A stretch of 64,000 nucleotides of DNA from Mobula hypostoma. Lineage: Eukaryota. Below, piece after piece: positions 1 through 11,665 of this stretch. Position 1 is the stretch's first letter; each line of letters opens with the position of its first letter. Made by a program: the position numbers and the translations under genes. Location: positions 215,576,001-215,640,000 of the forward strand of contig NC_086097.1 in assembly GCF_963921235.1 (NCBI RefSeq). The letters run 5' to 3'. Below the pieces are notes generated by a model that had not been told where the DNA came from, made no database searches, and worked only from the letters and a program-made list of their open reading frames with translations.

Positions 1-1135
1 ACGGTGAGATCTTTGATGATTATACAATCCTGTCCTGGACCCACAAGCTCTATTGCAGGTGGGACATGTATATGTAGTAGTGGTGGCAACCGTGGCTGCA
101 TTTCTCCTGGCTCTTTGCTGTCTTCTGGTTGTTCTTTCCATCTCCAGAATACGAACCCCATCCCTACACAGCTGTTGCCAGGTAGTACGGTCAGCAGCAA
201 CCTCTTCCAGGTCTTCGGGTCTGATCTTGCACTTTCTTAAAACATTCTTCATCTGATCCTTATAGCGCTTCTTCGGCCTTCCAGCAGAGCGTCAACCACG
301 ATGCAGCTGGTTGTGTAACACTCTGCGGGGCAGCCGACATGGGGGCATCCTTATCACGTGCCCCAGCCACTGCAGCTGACGCTGGGTGATCATGGCCTCA
401 ATACTTCTGCAATTGGTCTTTGATTTCAGTGTGAGGCAGGATGCGCTGGAGGCAGCTTATGTGGAAGCACTCTAAGGACTTGATGTGAGGGCTGTAGGTT
501 ACCCAAGCATCACAGCTATAAAGGAGGGTGGTGGCACAGACTGCTTGGTACACGGTGACCTTTCTGGAGAGACGAGGGCTCCTGTTCTGAAAGACTCTAC
601 GCCGAAGTCTCCCAAAGGCAGCTGATGCCTGTTTAATGCGGCTCTGGATGTTGTTGTCAATGCCACTATCCTCAGAGGGAATGCTCCCCAGATATTTGAA
701 AGATGGCACTACTGACAGCTTTTCATCACCAACAGTGAAGGCAGGTAGAGTGGGTGGGACACTGGTACTCCATTGGCAAACCGCTTTTATCTTGGTGGTA
801 TTGACAGTCAGCCCCATCCTGCTGTACGCTCTCACCGCCACAGCAAGGACAGTCTGAAGATCCTCCGGAGTATGGACCACAAGAGCACAGTCGTCTGCAT
901 ACTGCAGCTCCAGGACCCGCTCGCTACGGAGATTGGTGGTTGCGTGGAGCCTCCTGATGTCAAAGAGGTTGCCATCTAATCTGACATCCACTGCCACACC
1001 GCTGCTGTCTTTAGTCTCGTTGTGGAGAAGCTTGGTAACACACGAGAGGAAGATGTTAAAGAGCACAGGAGCTAGTACACACCCCTGCCTCACCCCTGTG
1101 CGTACAAGGAAGGGCTCGGACTCTGATCTGGATTC
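1..1135 (-). mobile_element. RTE-clade LINE remnant (RT domain to C-terminal zinc finger), running to the window edge
   Basis: ORF 398..1093 has RQGCVLAPVLFNIF, LQYADDCAL, FKYLGS and RIKQASAAFGRL. The minus strand of 1-75 reads YTCPTCNRACGSRTGLYNHQRSHR, the C2H2-like C-terminus typical of RTE. Disrupted. Confidence 0.9.
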
Positions 1136-1854
1136 TACTGACAGAGAATTAGCTGAGGTTAAAAAATGAAAATTATGTTAATGAAAGACAGATATGTCTT
1201 TATAGCATAAGGTTCAGAAATTGCATCACCTGAGAACAAAAACATATAAATGCTTCTGACCGAAGTTTCGAAAACCAAAAAATATTGTCCTGTTTTTTTC
1301 ATTTTTTCAGATGTTCTCTGCAGCCGATTGCCAGCATTTTGCATTGTCCGAGTTCATAAAAGAAACAAATTTATTAGGACGGAGTCAAGTAAATATCTAC
1401 AGAGCCAGCTATTGCAATCCATTTCATTGTATGACAAGCTTGTTTTGCCCTTCTGCTCCAGTAGATTGGAACGGTATATGCACTAAGAATACATTGATAT
1501 TAACTTCAAAATACAACAAGGGAATCTCATTTCTAACAGATATTAAGAAGGTAGTTGAAAGTGGAATTAGTAAGGAGACCTCAGGGGAACACTAACCTTC
1601 ACAGGCAGCAGTTTGGTCCTATGTAATAACGACAAGGATAAAATTGCAGCACTTGTTTATTGTAACATGGAAAGTGCAGAAAAAATAGGCGCTGCTATCA
1701 AGAGCATCCTTTAAACCTTTGCAAGAATGAGATGCCATGTTTTCTTCAATAGACAAAATTCCTCCTCGCGGCATTGCTACGTTTCCTTTTTGTATCATAG
1801 ATGGGAATTCAGGTGGGAGCAGAACAAAGAAGTCAGGCTAAATCTATAAAAATG

Positions 1855-2035
1855 AGGAAATCTGCTGGAAATCCAAACAACACACACAAAATGCTGGAGG
1901 AACTCAGCAGCCCAGGCAGCATCCATGGACAAGAGTAAACAGTTGACAATTCAGGCCGAGACCCTTCATCAGGACTGGAAAAAAAGATGAGAAGTCAAAG
2001 TAAGAAGGTGGGGCGGGGGGGGTGGTGGAGAGGAA
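1855..2035 (-). mobile_element. Penelope-like element terminal repeat (pLTR) fragment, degenerate hammerhead
   Basis: Same sequence as the terminus of the GIY-YIG-bearing copy at 54595-55385. Minus strand 1941-1976 reads AGTCCTGATGAAGGGTCTCGGCCTGAATTGTCAACT (GAAA mutated). Confidence 0.8.
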
Positions 2036-2273
2036 GCTGAATCCATATTTACTTTTCTCTGCACGAATGGGTCATACTTGAACCATTTTTGTTAATTGCT
2101 GCAGTTTCCACAACAAAGTCAGCCAAGGCACCAAATGAGGAAAATGTTGCTGTTCAGCTTCAACATGGGGGTCACAGAATCAGGCAAAATACTAAGAGTT
2201 CATTGAGTCACCATTTTGGTGTTGCCAATCAATTGGTTGAGTGAAGAGAGAAGAGAAGAGAAATTGCCTTTAA

Positions 2274-2470
2274 ACTCACGAGAGAGCATGGGCTCTCTTT
2301 TTGCTGTTGATGTTTCTGTAGCAGGCAACTTCTTTTTTACGAGGTTGAGTTGCTAGCTCGACGCTCAACCCAGTACGGACAGAAAGCGTGCCAAGGGAGC
2401 CGCTGGATTCAAACTCAGGAGCCTTCGCTCCGAAGTCCGGCGCTGATGCCACTACGCCACAAGCCGGCTG
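2274..2470 (-). mobile_element. tRNA-derived SINE
   Basis: Minus strand has A box TGGCGTAGTGG and B box GAGTTTGAATCC. The head is shared with the SINE at 32495. Confidence 0.8.
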
Positions 2471-2885
2471 TTGGTTGAGTGAACTTGGCCTTTTTTGCTT
2501 GGGGCGACGGAGGATGATAAGTGACCTGATAGAGGTGTACAAGATGATGAGAGGCATTGACCACGTGGATAGTCAGAGGCTTTTCCCCAGGGCTGAAGTG
2601 GCTAACATGAGAGGGCACAATTTTCAGGTGCTTGGAAGTAGGTACAGAGGCGATGTCAGGGGTAAGTTTTTTTATGTTGAGTGTGTGGAATGGGCTGCCA
2701 GCGACGGTGGTGGAGGTGGATACAATAGGGTCTTTTAAGAGATTCCTGGATAGGTACGTGGAGCTTAGAAAAATAGAGGGCTGCGGGTAACCATAAGAAA
2801 TTGCTAAAGTAAGTACATGTTCGGCACAGTTTTGTGGGCCAAAGGGCCTGTATTGTGCTGTAGGTTTTCGATGTTTCTATGTTTA
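2471..2885 (+). mobile_element. CR1 LINE 3' fragment
   Basis: LSELGLF...DLIEVYKMMRGID peptide, CR1 3' UTR and TTTCTATG-type tail. Confidence 0.9.
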
Positions 2886-3039
2886 CATTCAGTCCCTACA
2901 CTTTATCCATAGCTCTATGCATTTCTTTCCTTTTAAGTAATTCTTTTTGAGTTCGCTTCTATCCTTTTTCAGTCAGTTCATGACAACTTCCTACAAAATA
3001 ATCTGGTGCTTTTCCCAATTATGTCCTTTAAATATTGAC

Positions 3040-4365
3040 TATTCAGGTAACATACCTGAACGACTGGCGTCCTGTCGCACTCACCTCAATAATAAGCAAA
3101 TGCTTTGAGAGGCTGGTCAAGGATTACATCTGCAGCTTGCTACCACCAAAACTAGGTCCCCTAAAATTTGCCTACCGACACAACCGATTGACTGATGACA
3201 CAATGGCCACTGCTCTACATCTGGAGAAGGATGCTTATGTGAGAATGCTGTTCTTGGACTACAGTTCAGCATTCAACACCATAGTTTCATCCAGGCTCGA
3301 CAAGAAGCTCAGAGACCTCGGACTTAACCCTGCCTTGTGCAGCTGAATCCTGGACTTCCTGTCAGATCATCAACGGGTTGTAAGAGTGGGCTCCCTCACC
3401 TCCAACCCTCCGACTGTCAATACAGGAGCCCCTCAGGGCTGCATACTGAGTCCCCTCCTTTACTCCCTGTATACCCATGACTGCATCGCCGCCCACAGCT
3501 CCAATCTGCTCATTAAATTTGACGATGACACTACATTGATTGGCTTTATCTCAAACAATAACGAGGTGGTCTACAGGGAAGAAGTCATCTCTCTGACACA
3601 GTGGTGTCAAGAAAACAACCTCTCCCTCAATGTCGCAAAAACAAAGGAGCTGGTTGTGGACTACAGGAGGAATGGAGACCGGCTAACACCCTACTGACAT
3701 CAATGGACTTGGGACTGAGAGGGTAAACGACTTCAGGTACCATGGCATCCACATCACTGAGGACCTCATGTGGTCTGTATACACCAGCTGTGTGGTGAAA
3801 AAAGGCACAACAGCGCCTCTTTCACCTCAGACAGTTGAGGAAGTTTGGTATGGGCCCCCAGATCCTAAGAACTTTCCACAGGGGCACAATTGAGAGCATC
3901 CTGACTGGCTGCATCACTGCCTGCTATGGGAACCGTACCTCTCTTAATCGCAGGACTCTGCAGAGAGTGGTGCGGACAGCCCAGCCCATCTGTAGTTGTG
4001 AACTTCCCATGATTCAGGACATTTACAAGGACAGGTGTGTAAAAAGGGCCCACAGGATCATTGGGGACCCAAATCATCCCAACCACAATCTGTTCCAGCT
4101 GCTACCATCCGGGAAACAGTACCACAGCATAAAAGCCAGGACCAACAGGCTCCAGGACAGCTTCTTCCACCAGGCCATCAGACTGATGAACTCTCACTGA
4201 TTTGCGTGTACTCCATATTACATTGACTGTAATATTTATTATAAATTGTTATAAATTACTATGATTGCACATGGCACATTTAGATGGAGACGTAACATGA
4301 AGATTTTTACTCCTCATGTATGTGAAGGATGTAAGAAATAAAGTCAATTCATTTCAATTCAGTTC
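3040..4365 (+). mobile_element. Rex1/Babar-type LINE, 5'-truncated and disrupted
   Basis: ORFs 3035, 3386 and 3835 give [46 protein letters not shown] and FQLLPSGK. AATAAA plus (CAATT)n-like tail near 4340-4365. Confidence 0.9.
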
Positions 4366-4529
4366 AATATTTTCCCATGTGATGTGTTAAAGGGCCTGTA
4401 ATTTAACTAATGGATACACAACTTTAATTACAAATGATAGAAACAGATGAGGAACATTTTAATATTTGGCTAAGGAGACATACTTGCCCATTGGCCAGCT
4501 GAAAAAATAAAATAATCTATTAATGTTTC

Positions 4530-4885
4530 ATAGAAGCAAAGAACATAGAAAACCGACATCACAATACAGGTCTATCGGCCCACAAAGCTGTGCCGAACAT
4601 GTCCTTACCTAAGAACTACGTAGGCTTACCCATAGCCCTCTATTTTTCTAAGCTCCACGTATCCATCCAGGAGTCTTTTAAAAGACCCTATTGTTTCAGC
4701 CTCCACCACCGCCGCCGGCAGCTCATTCCACGCACTCACCACTCTCTGCGTAAAAAAACATACCCCTGACATCTCCTTTGTACCTACTTCCAAGCACCTT
4801 AAAACTGTGCCCTCTCGTGTTAGCCATTTCAGCCCTGGGAAAAAGCCTCTGACTATCCACACGATCAATGCCTCTCATCATCTTG
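4530..4885 (-). mobile_element. CR1 LINE 3' fragment
   Basis: FFTQRVVSAWNELP peptide (ORF 4626..4868) and CR1 tail on the minus strand. Confidence 0.9.
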
Positions 4886-5619
4886 TTTCAATATGTAATA
4901 GCTTCCAAGTTTAGAGTCTACTGAGTATGAATTAACATTGAAATCTCACTTCTGTGGTTTTCTTTGCAGAAAAATCTAACATTGATAGATCAGTTCTTGA
5001 ATTAAGCTTTCCAGCAAAAGTTGAGGTTTGGTGTGATAGATGATTTTGTATCAAATGTCCTCAGTGTTGGGAACTTAGACTGGAAAGGATGCTGACTTAG
5101 TCTTGTTAATTCTGTCAGTGAATTTGGAGGATCATATCCTATTCTAGTGGAAAGTAAGCCAGAGCTACAATAATATGGTCCATTTATACATCACTAACAC
5201 ACACTCCCCTTATACTGGAAAAGATGCAGAAGTGTCCTTTCACCTCCTCGATCACTACAATCCATGACCTGAAATATCCCATCCAGCTGAGGCAACAATT
5301 GACTCGTAATTTCAAATAGTATCACTGTTTGCATTGACTTCTCTATATTCATCAACTGATTGGTTACTTTGCAGATCAATTCCATACATTCCTACAAATA
5401 AGACAACGAGTGCCTTGTTGCTTGTCATGTTATTTTTATTACTCCGTACATTATTGCAAATTATTGCATATTGGTAAATTATTATTGTGTATGTTATTAT
5501 TCTGGACTTTATTATTAGTTAAGTCTGCACACTGCTAAGTGTGTTTTTAAATGTTGCCACTGTAACGAAAGGATTTCCCAGCTGGGATCAATAAAGTACT
5601 TATTATTATTATTATTTAA

Positions 5620-5865
5620 TTAGAGATGCAGCAAAGTAACAGGCCTATCTGGCTCATTGAGCCTGTGCCGCTCAATTAACACCCATGTGACCAATTAACC
5701 TAGTAACCAGTACGCCTTTGGAACATGGGAGGAAACCAGAGCAGCTGGGGGAAACTCACATGGTCATGGGGAGAACGTGTAGGCTCCTTACAGACAGTGG
5801 TGGAAATGAGCCTGGGTCACTGGCACTCTAATACTGCTATGCTAAGTGCTACGATACCATGCAAC
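5620..5865 (-). mobile_element. HE1/V-SINE-like element
   Basis: Reverse complement resembles the 11384 copy (GTTCTCCCCATGACCATGTGAGTTTCCCCCAGCTGCTCTGGTTTCCTCCCA core). Confidence 0.7.
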
Positions 5866-6387
5866 CCCCTGCAGGTTGTGCCAGACCTACACTGAATGCT
5901 TGCTGTTGCATCATAAGATGACGAAACAATTGACATACAGACTTACAATATGACAAAATATATTGGGTGAGATTGTGCTCGATCTGGCCTGCTACCCTCA
6001 GTCCACCAATTCCCCCTGCATACTTTTCCAACAGCTGCACTCTCTGAGGCCCTACAGGACCAGTTGCATTGCAGGACCTATTGTCACAGTTGCCCAACAC
6101 CAGGATAGGGCAGAGCACCATGAGCTGCAACTAGGGATGCAGTGGATGCCTAGGCCCCACCTCAGACCTACATTCATGGCCTTCTGAGAGCTTACTGCCA
6201 TCATAAGCCTTTGAATTACATTTAAATCAACGCAGAGAATGCTGGTGGGACTCAGCAGAGATGTTGGATGATGACAAGCGGCCAGTGAGTGAGTGGGCCA
6301 GTGAAGGAGTGGAGCTTTGAGGCTTTGACTCGAGAGGCTTTGACGAGAAGAGGCGGAGGACAAGCTTGCTTCCAGTTAGGCTTTACA

Positions 6388-7315
6388 ATGCCTCCTGAGA
6401 CGGTGATGTGCCTCTCATGTGAGATGTGGCAGTCTTGGGGGAACTCCCCTCTCCTGCAGAGTCACATCTGCCAGAAGTGCATACAGCTGGGCGATCTGGA
6501 AGACCGTGTAAGGAATCTGGAGCAGCAGCTGGATGACCTTCGACTCATGAGCGAGAATGAGGCAGTCATAGATGAGAGCTACAGGGAGGTAGTCACACCT
6601 AGGCTGTCGGAAGCAGGTCATTGGGTGACAGTCAGAAGGGGGAAAGCGAAGGCGAGCAGACAGGTAGTGCAGAGCACCCCTGTAGCCATTCCCCTGAATA
6701 ATAAGTTTACTGTCCTGGATACTGTTGGCAGGGACGACCGACCAGGTGTGAGCCACGGTGGCAAGGCCTCCGGCACTGAGTCTGACCTGGTGGTGCAGAA
6801 GGGCGGGACAGAGAAGAGGAGAGCTGTCGTCATTGGAGACTCTATAGTCAGGGGAGCAGACAGGAGATTTTGTGGACGTGATAAGGACACCCGCATGGTT
6901 TGTTGCCTCCTGGGTGTCAGGGTCCGGGATGTCTCTGACCGGGTGCACGACATCCTGGTACGAGAGGGAAAGCAACCAGAAGTCGTGATACATGTTGGTA
7001 CCAACGAGGGATGAGGTCCTGAAGCGTGAGTTTTGGGAACTAGGCAGAAGGCTGAAGAACAGGGCCTCAAGGGTGGCGTTCTCAGGATTGCTGCCAGCGC
7101 TACGTGACAGTGATTGTAAGAATTGGAGGAGATGGCAGTTGAATGCATGGCTGAGGAGTTGGTGCAGCGAGCAGGGTTTTAGATTTTTGGACCATTGGGA
7201 TCTCTTCTGGGGAAGGTGGGACCTGTACAGATTGGATGGGTTGCACCTGAACTCGAGGGGGAGCAATATCCTTGCAGGTAGGTTTGCTAGCATGGTTCAG
7301 GAGGGTTTAAACTAA
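6388..7315 (+). pseudogene. CR1 ORF1 (zinc finger, coiled coil, SGNH esterase-like domain), frameshifted near 7005
   Basis: CLSCEMW...ICQKC, LEDRVRNLEQQL, VIGDSIVRG, IHVGTN, then DGLHLN in the next frame (ORF 6992..7315). Confidence 0.88.
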
Positions 7316-7730
7316 TTTTCAAGGGGTATGGGACCCAGAGCGATAGAGCAGTGAAAGAAATGCACGGAGTAAAGCCAGATCTAACATATAGAGAGGCTTT
7401 GAGGAAAGAGAAGCAGAATAAACGGCGTAAAGGTAATAAGATAGAAGGGCTGAAATGTGTGTACTTCAATGCAAGAAGCATCAGGAACAAAGGTGATGAA
7501 CTGAGAGCTTGGATACATACATGGAATTATGATGTAGTGGCCATTACAGAGACTTGGCTGGCACCAGGGCAGGAATGGATTCTCAATATTCCTGGATTTC
7601 AGTGCTTTAAAAGGGATAGAGGGTGGGGGGGGGAGGGGAGGAGGGGTGGCATTACTGGTCAGGGATACTCTTACAGCTACAGAAAGGGTGGGTAATGTAG
7701 CAGGATCCTCTTTTGAGTCAGTATGGGTGG

Positions 7731-7955
7731 AACTCAGAACCCTGCACCAGCCTTCCCTCCATACCCCCTGATCCACGTAGCCACAAGGGCCATATCTAAC
7801 TCCCTCTTAAATATAGCCAATGAACCAGCCTCAACTGTTTCCTGTGGCAGAGAATTCCACAGATTCACCACTCTCTGTGTGAAGAAGTTTTTCCTAATCT
7901 CAGTCCTAAAAGGCTTCCCCTTTATCCTCAAACTGTGACCCCTCGTTCTGGACTT
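7731..7955 (-). mobile_element. Inverted internal fragment of a different CR1 subfamily inside the CR1 endonuclease region
   Basis: Reverse complement matches ~41170-41394 with about 11 mismatches in 225 bp (manual count). Confidence 0.9.
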
Positions 7956-8256
7956 TAACTCCCCTAATATTGATTGGCACCCGATTAGTTCCAAGGGTTC
8001 AGATGGGGCAGAGTTAAGTGTGTCCAGGACAGATTCTTGTCACAGCATGTGGACAGGCTGACTAGGGGAATGCCATACTAGATCTAGTAATGGATAACGA
8101 ACCAGGTCAGGTCACAGATCTCTCAGTGGGTGAGCATCTGGGGGACAGTGACCACCGCTCCCTGGCCTTTAGCATTTTCATGGAAAATGAATCATCAATG
8201 AATACTTCTCTTCGGTATTCACCAATGAGAGGGAACTTGATGATGGTGAGGACAAT

Positions 8257-9234
8257 ATGAGTGAGGTTGATGTTCTGGAGCACGTTGATATTAAGGGAGA
8301 GGAGGTGTTGGAGTTGTTAAGATACATTAGGACGGATAAGTCCCCGGGGCCTGACAGAATATTCCGCAGGCTGCTCCACGAGGCAAGGGAAGAGATTGCT
8401 GAGCCTTTGGCTAGGATCTTTATGTCCTTGTTGTCCATGGGAATGGTACTGGAGGATTGGAGGGAGGCGAATATTGTCCCCTTCTTCAAAAAAGGTAGTA
8501 GGGATAGTCTGGGTAATTATAGACCAGTGAGCCTTACGTCTGTGGTGGGAAAGCTGTTGGAAAAGATTCTTAGAGATAGGATCTATGGGCACTTAGAGAA
8601 TCATGGTCTGATCAGGGACAGTCAGCATGGCTTTGTGAAGGGCAAATCATGTCTAACAAGCCTGATAGAGTTCTTTGAGGAGGTGACCAGGCATATAGAT
8701 GAGTCTAGTGCAGAGGATGTGATCTATATGGATTTTAGTAAGGCATTTGACAAGGTTCTACACGGTAGGCTTATTCAGAAAGTCAGAAGGCATGGGATCC
8801 AGGGAAGTTTGGCCAGGTGGATTCAGAATTGGCTTGCCTTCAGAAGGCAGAAGGTCGTGGTGGAGGGAGTACATTCAGATTGGAGGATTGTGACTAGTGG
8901 TGTCCCACAAGGATCTGTTCTGGGATCTCCACTTTTCGTGATTTTTATTAACGACCTGGACGTGGGGATAGAAAGGTGGGTTGACAAGTTTGCAGACGAC
9001 ACAAAGGTTGGTGGTGTTGTAGATAGTGTAGAGGATTGTCAAAGGTTGCAGAGAGACATTGATAGGATGCAGAAGTGGGCTGAGAAGTGGCAGATGGAGT
9101 TCAACCCGGAGAAGTGTGAGGTGGTACACTTTGGAAGGACAAACTCCAAGTCAGAGTACAAAGTAAATGGCAAGATACTTGGTAGTGTGGAGGCGCAGAG
9201 GGATCTCAGGGTACATGTCCACAGATCCCTGTAA
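8257..9234 (+). pseudogene. CR1 ORF2 reverse transcriptase segment
   Basis: GNYRPVSLTS, QHGF, DFSKAFDKV, GVPQGSVLG, KFADDTK. Premature stop at 9234 and frameshifts downstream. Confidence 0.92.
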
Positions 9235-11383
9235 GCTGCCTCACAGGTAGATAGGGTAGTTAAGAAAGCTTAATGGGGTGTTAGCATTCATAAGTTGAGG
9301 GATAGAGTTTAAGAGTCGCGATGTAATGATGCAGCTCTATAAAACTCTGGTTAGGCCACACTTGGAGTACTGTGTTCAGTTCTGGTTGCCTCACTATAGG
9401 AAGGATGTGGAAGCATTGGAAAGGGTACAGAGGAGATTTACCAGGATGCTGCCTGGTTTAGAGAGTATGCATTATGATCAGAGATTAAGGGAGCTAGGGC
9501 TTTGTACAAGATAATAAGAGGAATAGATAGAGTGGATAGCCAGAGCCTCTTCCCCAGAGCACCACTGCTCAATACAAGTGGACATGGCTTTAAGGTAAGA
9601 GGTGGGAAGTTCAAGGGGGATATTAGAGGAAGGTTTTTTTTACTCAGAGAGTGGGTGGTGCGTGGAATGCACTGCCTGAGTCAGTGGTGGAGGCAGATAC
9701 ATTAGTGAAGTTTAGGAGGCTACTTGACAGGTATATGGAGGAATTTAAGGTGGGGGTTATATGGGAGGCAGGGTTTGAGGGTCGGCACAACATTGTGGGC
9801 TGAAGGGCCTGTAATGTGCTGTACTATTCTATGTTCTATGACAGATTTACAACAATTGTGATCTCTCTTTTATCTCTGCTACTTTTAAATCTGTCTGATA
9901 GAGACTTTCAAAAACAAATTAAATAACTCAAATTATTTTTAATGAAATGAAACAGCTTAAAGTAATAATTATTAAAAACCAAAGATAAAATGAAGAAACA
10001 GTGTACTGTAAATGCGTCTCAAGTGAATGGGTTTGTGTTACCGCTGAGGGGCTACTTGCAAAGTATGCTGGACTATAACCACTAGCTTGTCTGACTTCCA
10101 CATCATAATGCATGCAGCAAGGTGTCAGAGACAAGCTGAGCAGGAAGGAGAATATTACTGGTGATTCACTACAGTAAAGCAATAAAAAATACCGACTAAT
10201 TTGACTCCAGACTAAACTAAAACCACATTTGTCAGGTGCTAATGAGAGGCTATTGCACACTAGGAGTGAACCCTGTGTGGGGGTCAGAGTTTAAAAGTGT
10301 GTTATCTATAAAGAAAAGACGTTGTGTCTCCTGATGTGCCCAGCTAGTTTTCAGCCTTTTTAAATGTAAGAAAAAGCATTTTATCCCATCTGCCCTCACA
10401 ACATAAAAAGAAAATGCATGACTATCAAAGCTCTTCTCAAATTTCATACCTCATAGTTTTGAGTGAGATTTGTAATCCATTAATATTACACTAGATTTGA
10501 CAGCTGCACTTCCCGGTATACAGCATGTGGTCTCAGTTCATATAAGAAACTATTAAAAAACAAAACTGTTCATACTTATTCACAAAAAGATCATCGGCCT
10601 TTCAGATCGATTGTGTCGAAGGCAAAACCACAGCCCATACTTACCATTTTAACAAACACGAGTTCTGAGATGCAATTAACGAAAGCTAGTTGTACGCAAA
10701 GAAGGCCAGCTATAGCACCCACCATCTACCAAAGAATATAAGATTGCTACCACACCATTTGAAGACGTGGCAGTTTTATGCTCTGATAGCAGTGGATAGT
10801 AGATGTTGTTTATGTCTAAAACCTCCTTGGTTTATTGATGCAGGGCTTTACAGCTGACTGGACACAATTTATTTGAAGTGTCCCCCTCAGCATGATTCAT
10901 AATGATTATTACATGATTTTTTTCGAACATGTAGCACGATGGGAAAAGACACTTCAGAGAGGGTAACATGCATTTAAAATAAGACTTTATACCACTGGTA
11001 GTGCACCTGTTTCATGAGTGGCAAAAAGGACTTGTTTAATAGTCAATGGTTGACAAAGCCAGGTAATAATTATTATATGCTTGAGAAGCTCCGTTTGTAA
11101 TGTCACCATTCTCACATAATAAGGCTGACTCTCCTATTGACGGTCACAGCAGTGAGTGGCACTTCTTGGCAATGCAGTATGGGAAATTGTTAATTTAAAA
11201 TCCATAATATTCCTTTGAAATATAATGTTTTCATAAAATATGTACCAAATATAAGCCAGGGAGTTTTATGATTCTTATATATCTGCAAAGCACAAGCATG
11301 CTGGATTTTATCTACAAAAGACCAGTAGAGTGTATGTATAAGGTCTCAATCAGATTTCAGTGGTGATCCATAGTTATATATGT

Positions 11384-11665
11384 GGGGCAGCTCAGTAGTG
11401 TAGTGGTTAGCACAACACTTTACAGTACTAGCAAATTGGGTTCATTCCCGTTGCTACCTGCGAAAAGTTTCTACGTTCTCCCCGTGACTGTATGGGTTTC
11501 CTCCAGGTGCTCTGGATTCCTCCCACAGTTCAAAGGCATTGAGATTGGTAGGTTAATTGGTCACTGTAAATTGTCCTATGATTAGGCTAGGATTACATCG
11601 GCAGCTCATTGGACGATGTGGCTTGAAGGGCCGATTCTGCACTGTATGTTAATAAATAAATAAAA
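11384..11665 (+). mobile_element. HE1/V-SINE-like tRNA SINE
   Basis: A-box-like TAGTGTAGTGG, B-box-like GGTTCATTCCC, V-domain-like GGGTTTCCTCCAGGTGCTCTGGATTCCTCCCACAG and an A-rich tail. Confidence 0.8.

Larger units (their letters stand above)
6277..9840 (+). mobile_element. Near-full-length CR1 LINE (5' UTR, ORF1, disrupted ORF2, 3' tail)
   Basis: ORF1, endonuclease motifs (NARSI, ITETWL, DFN.PNIDW, SDH), RT and (TTCTATG)n tail. ATGACA occurs at both ends (6271-6276, 9838-9843). Internal deletion near 8190. Confidence 0.93.

Noticed and set aside
5194..5391. Minus-strand ORF with an upstream AG as an exon
   Set aside because: Weak donor and unrecognised peptide; consistent with chance.
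6415..7293. 292-aa and 176-aa minus-strand ORFs
   Set aside because: Antisense shadows of CR1 ORF1 with no recognisable domain.
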